Below, in pieces: positions 57,668-64,000 of a DNA stretch of 64,000 nt. The DNA is from Bdellovibrionales bacterium. Its GTDB lineage: Bacteria > Bdellovibrionota > Bdellovibrionia > Bdellovibrionales > UBA1609. The notes under the pieces are model-generated. The model worked only from the letters and a program-made list of their open reading frames with translations. It was not told the origin of the DNA and did not search any database. Position 1 is the stretch's first letter. Each line of letters opens with the position of its first letter. The position numbers and the translations under genes were made by a program. Location: contig CBDBIB010000001.1 in the NCBI GenBank assembly GCA_965205945.1, forward strand, positions 64,525 through 128,524, written 5' to 3'.

Positions 57668-58948
57668 TCATAACCAGTTAAGTGAATCTAGAGAAAATAG
57701 TAATCCTATGATTTCTTCTCGCTGATCATTTTGATTGTTTTTGTAATTTTTAAATCCATAATACAACTTAAATTTAAGATTTAAATTATAACTTTTAAAT
57801 ACCCTACCTCTTTTTAAATCAATAAACCCAATATAACCAAGGCTTCCTTTTGGCTTTATTCTATTAGATCCAGCTAAAGGAAGGCTTAATTTTAAACCAA
57901 ACCTTGAAGACCATTTTTGTGTTTCAAACCATTTATATTTTGCTCTTAAAGACACACCAAGCATAAAAACATCTATTAGCTTCACCTGAAAATTATTTTC
58001 ATATATAAAGGAGGTCTGATGATAATCTAAATCAAAGCCTAAACCCCATCTATTTTTTTCATAATCTGAAACCAAAGAGAACTGTAAAAGACTTGGAGTT
58101 TTGTTATCCCAAGTAAAAGTTGGACTAAGTTCTGGTTCATAATTTTGAATATGATAAGATCCATTTACTCCTAGCCAAAAATCCTTATGTTTTAATTGAT
58201 ACTGAGCCTCTATATTATAATTTCCTCTAGAAACCCATTTAGCCTTATTACTAGTTCCCCGATCAGTTGAAACAAGAATATTATTATAAACTCCAAGGCC
58301 TACATAATGCCTATTTTGATAAATATTTATTTTACGTTCTTTTTTTCCCAAAGATTCTTCTTGTTCTGAGTATTTAAACGACTCTGTGTTACTTTCTTCA
58401 TTTAAAGAAAGCCCCTCCTCTTCTTCATCGTGTATTGTAGTGTTAACTGGTTGAGAGTTAGAATCCTTTTTTAAGGTTTCCTCATAATTATTGTTATATA
58501 AATTATCTTCTTCCTCTACTTTAACTGACTCAGTTATATCGTCACTCTGTATAGGCACCATTTTTTCATTTTTTAATAAGCTCTCCATTTCACTCGCTGT
58601 TCCACTTATAATTTCTGCTCTTCTTTTTTCAGCATTAGAGCGATTCTGTGACTTATCTTCTCCATAAAAAAAGATTTTAATCTTAGATTCTTCCACTCCA
58701 TATTCAGAAATTAGCTCTTGTTTTACAGTTTCGGCTCTTTTATAACTTAAATGCTTATTGTAAGACTCATCACCTATTAAATCAGCATATCCTCGGATAA
58801 AAAAGATGTCTTCTGGCTCAAAGTTTTTTAATTTAAAAGAATTTAAAAAATCCTCTGATACATCAAAAGCAAAATAAACGTTTTGATGTGTTTGATAAGC
58901 AAAACACGGTTGTAAAATCAAAGAAAACAAAGCTACATATTTTAACAC
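57668..58948 (-). CDS. Outer-membrane protein with an N-terminal OmpA_C-like domain and a C-terminal beta-barrel-like region
   Basis: GTG start and signal peptide. RGYADLIGDESYNKHLSYKRAETV (OmpA-like peptidoglycan-binding motif), an acidic linker, then alternating-pattern strands ending in LNWL. Confidence 0.7.
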   Translation of the reverse strand: MLKYVALFSLILQPCFAYQTHQNVYFAFDVSEDFLNSFKLKNFEPEDIFFIRGYADLIGDESYNKHLSYKRAETVKQELISEYGVEESKIKIFFYGEDKSQNRSNAEKRRAEIISGTASEMESLLKNEKMVPIQSDDITESVKVEEEDNLYNNNYEETLKKDSNSQPVNTTIHDEEEEGLSLNEESNTESFKYSEQEESLGKKERKINIYQNRHYVGLGVYNNILVSTDRGTSNKAKWVSRGNYNIEAQYQLKHKDFWLGVNGSYHIQNYEPELSPTFTWDNKTPSLLQFSLVSDYEKNRWGLGFDLDYHQTSFIYENNFQVKLIDVFMLGVSLRAKYKWFETQKWSSRFGLKLSLPLAGSNRIKPKGSLGYIGFIDLKRGRVFKSYNLNLKFKLYYGFKNYKNNQNDQREEIIGLLFSLDSLNWL

Positions 58949-59213
58949 AATAAAGTCCTTTCTAAATTAATACCGGTATATTACACAAATACCTTTACAT
59001 TATGAAATGCTTCCGTATGTTTTTTAAAACAAAATTTAAGAAACTCCTAACTTTAAGACTTTAGCCTTAGAAAATAAATAATAACTGCAATAAATTTCAT
59101 CAATAGTAGCTTAAAAAATATTTAAAATATCTAAACCCTTTTAACCATTAAAATAAATCATAAATAAGAGCTTTAATTAGTTTTAAAAATTTTATGAATT
59201 TTAAAACCCTGCC

Positions 59214-60530
59214 TTACAGCAAGTTTGCAGCCAACTCTGCAAGCTCTGATCTTTCACCTTTGGTAAGATTAATGTGTGTAGCAAGTTTTTGTCCTTTAAA
59301 CTTTTCAACAGAGTAAGAAAGTCCTGAATTCACAGCATCAAGGTATGGATTATCAATCTGATAACGATCGCCTGTTAAAACAACTTTTGTTCCAGCACCG
59401 GCTCTTGTCACAATTGTTTTAATTTCATGGGGAGTTAAATTTTGAGCCTCATCTACAATCAAATATTGATTAGGAATACTCCTACCCCTGATGTAAGTTA
59501 AGGGCTCAATGTTTAACATTCCTTGATTAATAAGTTCTTGCGCACGACCGGCAGCTTTTTTATCTGCTCCCATTAAGAATTCAACGTTATCAAATATAGG
59601 CTGCATCCAAGGGTTTAGTTTTTGCTCAACATCTCCTGGAAGATAACCAATGTCCTTACCCATAGGAAAAATTGGACGACTTACTAAAAGCCTTTGAAAC
59701 CTTCCCTCATCAAGAGTTTTTGAAAGCCCGGCAGCAAGGGCAAGTAGAGTCTTACCTGTTCCAGCTTTACCAACTAAAGATACAAACAAAATATCATCAT
59801 TTAAAAGCGCATCTAGAGCAAAGCTTTGCTCTACATTTCTAGGGTGAATTCCCCAAACACTATCATTAGGGGTAATTAAAGGAATTATAGCGTTAGCCCC
59901 TAAATCATACCTACCCACGGCAGAATGATTCACATTAGATTCATCTTTTAATATAACATACTGATTTCCAAAAATTTTAACTTCTGGGGGTAGAATTAAA
60001 GATTTTTCTTTATAAAACAAATCAATTTTTCCACTTGAAACTATCAATTCACAACGACCTGAATAAAACTCTTCAGTCCCTAAAAGCTCTTCACCATCGT
60101 AATCACTTGCTTTAATACCAAAAACATCAGCTTTAATTCTTAAATTTATATCTTTTGTAATGAGTTCTACATCATCAAATTGTCTTTGAAGAGTTAAAAC
60201 CGCCCCTAGAATTCTATTATCAGCTTTTTCAAAACTAAGTTCTGAAGGAAGGCCCACTTCATTTTCCATACCAGATTTTACAAAAATTCTTGTTTTACTA
60301 TCTTCTAAATAAACACCCTCTGAAAGCTTTCCCTTACTTCTTAAAACATCAATAAATCTACTAAACTGCCGAGCATTACGCCCATTTTCACCTAGATCTT
60401 TTTTAAAACGATCCACTTCTTCAATTACAGACATTGGAATATAAAGATCGGACTCATGAAACTTCTGAACAGAGGATGAATCAAATAAGATTACATTTGT
60501 ATCAACTACAACTTTTTTAGAAAATTTCAA
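59214..60530 (-). CDS. PIN-domain plus PhoH-like ATPase (YlaK-type)
   Basis: TTG start. VVDTNVILFD (PIN), GKAGTGKT Walker A, and IVDEAQNL. Confidence 0.85.
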   Translation of the reverse strand: MKFSKKVVVDTNVILFDSSSVQKFHESDLYIPMSVIEEVDRFKKDLGENGRNARQFSRFIDVLRSKGKLSEGVYLEDSKTRIFVKSGMENEVGLPSELSFEKADNRILGAVLTLQRQFDDVELITKDINLRIKADVFGIKASDYDGEELLGTEEFYSGRCELIVSSGKIDLFYKEKSLILPPEVKIFGNQYVILKDESNVNHSAVGRYDLGANAIIPLITPNDSVWGIHPRNVEQSFALDALLNDDILFVSLVGKAGTGKTLLALAAGLSKTLDEGRFQRLLVSRPIFPMGKDIGYLPGDVEQKLNPWMQPIFDNVEFLMGADKKAAGRAQELINQGMLNIEPLTYIRGRSIPNQYLIVDEAQNLTPHEIKTIVTRAGAGTKVVLTGDRYQIDNPYLDAVNSGLSYSVEKFKGQKLATHINLTKGERSELAELAANLL

Positions 60531-60656
60531 CTAAAAGCTCCCCCTTTGAAAACAAAAAAACTTATCCTAAGCTTACTTGATATTATCTCCTTAAAGAGAT
60601 GCATAAGTTAAGAACCGCTGCATTAATAATATTATATTTTTTTTACTGACTTTAAA

Positions 60657-61172
60657 TTACTTGCTAAGCATAATATCGCCTAAATCTGTCTTTAAACTCG
60701 TGCTCACTGTCTCCATAAAACTAATAAAGTAATGGATAGCTTCTTGATTAAGAGTGCCTTCTAAAAATTTAGCACCATGCCTATAAATTCTACCTTTCTT
60801 AATGAAACGAGTATTTGTTATTGTAGCTGATAATGGAAAATACGTTGTATGGTTTAAATAAACCCTAACCACAGTTTTTTCGCCTTTTTTAAATTTACCA
60901 TATTTTTCTAAAATATCAAAAGCTATGCCTCCACGAGAAATATCATTTAAAGCCACCTTTACAAGCCCACTACCTGGAACAACCATTGAAGCACTTATAA
61001 ACTCAGTTAAAAGTGTTCTCTTAACTCTCCTTCTTTCTTCTGTGATCATCGCTTTTCGAAGCTTTGATATTGATTCAACATCTGCACCTAAAGAGGTGAC
61101 CTCTTTATTAGAAGCTTTTATACCCTCTTTTAAAAAATCTTTAATTTGGATCACATTATCACTAGTAGACAT
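60657..61172 (-). CDS. PilZ-domain c-di-GMP receptor
   Basis: RRRVKR (RxxxR) and NDISRGG (D/NxSxxG) motifs. Start set at the ATG at 61172, preceded by AAGGGGGAAG. Confidence 0.7.
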   Translation of the reverse strand: MSTSDNVIQIKDFLKEGIKASNKEVTSLGADVESISKLRKAMITEERRRVKRTLLTEFISASMVVPGSGLVKVALNDISRGGIAFDILEKYGKFKKGEKTVVRVYLNHTTYFPLSATITNTRFIKKGRIYRHGAKFLEGTLNQEAIHYFISFMETVSTSLKTDLGDIMLSK

Positions 61173-61202
61173 ACTCTTCCCCCTTTGATTCAATATCGGG
61201 GT

Positions 61203-62210
61203 ATGACTATTTCAACTTTAATCAATATCTGGCCTCTTTCTCTAATATTACTTCTCTCAGGCTGCCAACTTCCATATTTAGTTTCAGGAGCCTTTGAGCA
61301 ATCTAGAATTCTAGGTTCTCGGCAAAAAATCACAAAAGCTTTCCAAAATGTTGCAATATCTAACAAAACTAAAGACAAGCTTCGCTTTTCTTTAAAAGCT
61401 AAAGACTTTGCCTTGGCAAATGGGCTCACCTGTAAGGATAATTTTAAAACCTACGTAGAACTTAATCGCCCCTACGTAAGCTATCTTGTTATAGCCTCTA
61501 AAAAAAATAAAATTGATCCTAAAAAATGGTGGTTTCCCATCGTTGGAAGCTTCCCCTACAAGGGTTATTTTTCAAAAGAAAAAGCCAAATCTGCAGCTCT
61601 TAAATTACAGGCTAAAGATTATGATACTTACATAAGGGGGGTTAATACGTATAGCTCTCTTGGATGGTTTAATGAGCCTATTTTATCTAGCATGCTTAAA
61701 CATAGCAAATATAGCCTTGCTGAAACAATATTTCATGAGTGTGTTCATACTACTTTTTTCATCAAAAATAATACTGAAGTAAATGAGCGTAGTGCTGTTT
61801 TTTTCGCACATCATTTTATGATAAAATTCTTAAAAGATTTAAATAATCTAAAACAAAAAAAACACAAGCTCTTATCATGGAAAGAGTCTAAAAAATTCAC
61901 TTCATTTCTAGAAAAAACAATCCTTAACGCCATTAAATACTATGATTCAAATACCGACAGAAAAGCTCTTTTTAAAAGTATAAAAAAAAATTATTTAAAA
62001 CATTTAAAACCTGAAATAACCATAAATAACTATGACCATGTGTTCTTAATAAATCTAAATAACGCAAAACTTGCAGCTTTTAAGACTTATTTTCATAAAT
62101 TCGATAAGCTTGAAAATAATTTAAAAAATAAATTTTCTGATGATATTTTTGTATATCTTAGAAAAATCAAATCTCTAAAAACTAAAGAAGCAAAATTATC
62201 TCTCCTTTAG
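61203..62210 (+). CDS. Predicted lipoprotein zinc aminopeptidase (DUF2265-like, HExxH)
   Basis: Lipobox LLLSGC after the start at M20 of the track ORF. HECVHT metal-binding motif. Confidence 0.6.
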   Translation: MTISTLINIWPLSLILLLSGCQLPYLVSGAFEQSRILGSRQKITKAFQNVAISNKTKDKLRFSLKAKDFALANGLTCKDNFKTYVELNRPYVSYLVIASKKNKIDPKKWWFPIVGSFPYKGYFSKEKAKSAALKLQAKDYDTYIRGVNTYSSLGWFNEPILSSMLKHSKYSLAETIFHECVHTTFFIKNNTEVNERSAVFFAHHFMIKFLKDLNNLKQKKHKLLSWKESKKFTSFLEKTILNAIKYYDSNTDRKALFKSIKKNYLKHLKPEITINNYDHVFLINLNNAKLAAFKTYFHKFDKLENNLKNKFSDDIFVYLRKIKSLKTKEAKLSLL

Positions 62211-62225
62211 CTTTCCCAGGCCCTT

Positions 62226-62543
62226 TTCCTTCCTGACATAGTCTACAAATTATACCGAAGATATAATTTACACTCTCCTAGAAAATAGACATTTTGTCCG
62301 TCCTGACACACAGTTTACAATTTATACCGGAAACATGGTTTACACTTTCCTAGAAAGGAGGACTTAAAATGGCCTAGAAGGAAAGTAGTCCCGTAGTTCT
62401 GTAAGTCTCCGTCGATATGGAACGGATTTTGCTAGAGTGAAGGTAGCAATTAAAGAAATAAAGGATGGAATATGAGTAGTTAGTTTTTAAGATTATGATT
62501 TAAGATATTTTGATCATCAGAGTAAACCATGATAGTCTGGACC
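62226..62543 (+). mobile_element. Highly decayed copy of the same rve/IS481-like element abutting the tRNA-Met 3' end
   Basis: Two tandem left-end copies (62226-62285 and 62295-62355, ...tcctgaca..tttaca...). A remnant translating as DYDLRYFD lies at about 62488-62512. The right end, gtaaaccatgatagtctggacc, ends at 62543, 19 nt from the tRNA. Confidence 0.6.
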
Positions 62544-62562
62544 TTATTAAGAAGAAAAAAAA

Positions 62563-62639
62563 TGGTAGCGGAAGAGGGACTTGAACCCCCGACACCCGGA
62601 TTATGATTCCGGTGCTCTAACCAGCTGAGCTACCCCGCC
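62563..62639 (-). tRNA. tRNA with CAT anticodon (elongator Met or Ile2), encoded CCA
   Basis: Reverse complement: GGCGGGGTAGCTCAGCTGGTTAGAGCACCGGAATCATAATCCGGGTGTCGGGGGTTCAAGTCCCTCTTCCGCTACCA. It forms a cloverleaf with several G-U pairs in the acceptor stem. It lacks the three G-C pairs of the initiator anticodon stem. Confidence 0.8.
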
Positions 62640-62801
62640 AAAAAACCAGTTTAACTATTAGAATAAACTCACTATGTCAAAATGAAATCCTTTTAATTTA
62701 ATATCTCAATAAGCTTTTGCCTATATTTTAAACTTTTTTAAATTTATAAATTGATTCCATAGTTCTGCCTATGGTACAAATTTAAAACACTTTCTTCAAT
62801 A

Positions 62802-62810
62802 GGGGGGGGG
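62802..62810 (+). repeat. G9 homopolymer forming the Shine-Dalgarno region of the downstream gene
   Basis: aggggggggg attc ATG: nine consecutive G, ending 4 nt before the ATG at 62815. This is exceptional in such an AT-rich sequence. Confidence 0.95.
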
Positions 62811-62814
62811 ATTC

Positions 62815-63954
62815 ATGAAAAAACTTACACCATTTATAGCAATAGCTTTATTTTCAATTAGCGCGTTTACTCAAGATAACCCATCTAAACTTATACTAAA
62901 CGGCTCAACAGATGGTTACCAAATAGAAAATTTCGATGATAAATTCGATTTTGGCTTAATCATTCCAGCTCTAAAAAAAGACCAAATCTTAGACTTTAAC
63001 TTATCCTCTTTAATTAGCACTAAAAAAGATACTCTGCGTACGGCAGGAAGAACTATAAAAATACCCAGCAATATTTCATTACCAAAACAAAGGGAAAGAT
63101 ACTATATTATTCTTAAAATCAAAAAGCCTAACTTCAGCCTCCCTATTCACCTTAACGAGCCTCCTGAAACTCTTGTTCTTTTAGAAGGATCTCTACCTGT
63201 GACTAAGACTATTGAAACTCTAAGAAACGGAGATCCGTTTTTTTCTATAATCAACTCTTTTAAGATTAAATCCTTTTCTTTAACTCCTTTAATAGATTTA
63301 GAAAGCAACTTAAAACTAACTGTTGGAGAGCACCTTATTGACGATGACTCTATAGCTTTCAACGTCCCTTTTGAAATAGACAAAGACTTTATCTCAATTG
63401 GATTAAACTTAAACTCTACTCTTAACAAAACTGGTACTCCTATCTATTTTCCTGTGAACATTAAAACCTTAGAAAAACCACAAAATCTTGCTACGGGAAG
63501 AAATAACACTCCAGTAATTGCTATAATTCCTAAAAGTGCATTTAAGAAGACCTCCACAGAAAAAACTGTTAAAACACCTTTCCCTTTCAGCTTAGTTTGG
63601 GGTGAATCTAAACCTATAACAATGCTTCCTTTAGCAAAAGATTTTGTAACTTTTAAAAAAACTGACGTAGAACAAGGTATCTTTGTAGATAATTCAAAAC
63701 TTTTAGACTTTAAAGTTCTTGCTTACAATGTGAAAACTTTTAATACCAACGGAGAAATTCTTACTGAAGATACCCTTAAAACTATGCAAGATCTAACTTG
63801 GCCTTTAGATGTACCTATTAGTCGCATACGCTTAGATGTTTTTGCTCTTGACCCTGATCCTATTATGGAATCAATTAAAAATTCATACCTATTTGATGAA
63901 GATTTTTTTAAACAAGTAAAATACATCACTCGATATGAAAAAAACATTAACTAG
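62815..63954 (+). CDS. Secreted hypothetical protein (379 aa)
   Basis: Signal peptide MKKLTPFIAIALFSISAFTQ. No recognisable family. Confidence 0.6.
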   Translation: MKKLTPFIAIALFSISAFTQDNPSKLILNGSTDGYQIENFDDKFDFGLIIPALKKDQILDFNLSSLISTKKDTLRTAGRTIKIPSNISLPKQRERYYIILKIKKPNFSLPIHLNEPPETLVLLEGSLPVTKTIETLRNGDPFFSIINSFKIKSFSLTPLIDLESNLKLTVGEHLIDDDSIAFNVPFEIDKDFISIGLNLNSTLNKTGTPIYFPVNIKTLEKPQNLATGRNNTPVIAIIPKSAFKKTSTEKTVKTPFPFSLVWGESKPITMLPLAKDFVTFKKTDVEQGIFVDNSKLLDFKVLAYNVKTFNTNGEILTEDTLKTMQDLTWPLDVPISRIRLDVFALDPDPIMESIKNSYLFDEDFFKQVKYITRYEKNIN

Positions 63955-64000
63955 CTTTTTTTTTTGAGTTTTCTTTTTACATCCCCTAACTCATTTGCAA

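Noticed and set aside
1-64000. CRISPR arrays, cas genes, retrons, restriction-modification or other recognisable defence systems
   Set aside because: No regularly spaced short direct repeats were found, and no ORF carries reverse transcriptase, Cas, methyltransferase-endonuclease, or cyclase/effector motifs apart from the housekeeping-type PIN-PhoH and GGDEF proteins.

Overview
Low-GC (about one third G+C by eye, not computed) chromosomal window from a Gram-negative bacterium, as shown by LptB/LptC-A, TonB-ExbBD, a TonB-dependent receptor and sigma-54. Several features resemble Bdellovibrio-and-like predatory bacteria: a giant phage-tail-fibre-like adhesin, a DgcB-like FHA-GGDEF cyclase, GYF_2 and PilZ proteins, and a secreted subtilase. 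Taxonomy cannot be established from this window alone. Most of the window is housekeeping. It holds a nine-gene purine operon (purM-purN-X-purB-purC-purS-purQ-purL-purF), thrS-infC (infC starting at ATT), lysA/lysC, an M14-peptidase-dapD pair, a Vibrio TonB2-type six-gene cluster with its receptor, lptCA-lptB-rpoN, a GldA/F/G-like ABC-2 operon, gpmA, fadD, and tRNA-His and tRNA-Met. I recognised no CRISPR array, reverse transcriptase or known defence system. The accessory and unusual content is as follows. (1) At the left edge, a more than 1130-codon fibre gene carries a 969-bp in-frame, roughly 97-98% identical tandem duplication. A 552-bp AT-rich segment bounded by 43-nt inverted repeats lies 136 bp upstream of it (candidate invertible promoter or MITE), followed by an intact IS5-family element with TTA target duplications. 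(2) Decayed rve/IS481-like elements with multi-site ends sit in the same orientation 10-20 bp downstream of both tRNA genes; one lies next to a GC-rich orphan solute-binding gene. (3) A MITE-like repeat family occupies two convergent intergenic regions. (4) A G9 tract forms the ribosome-binding region of a secreted protein gene. (5) Several uncharacterised genes are translationally coupled into conserved operons (pur, dapD, ABC-2). All functional calls rest on motif reading and on memory of protein families; no database search was possible.
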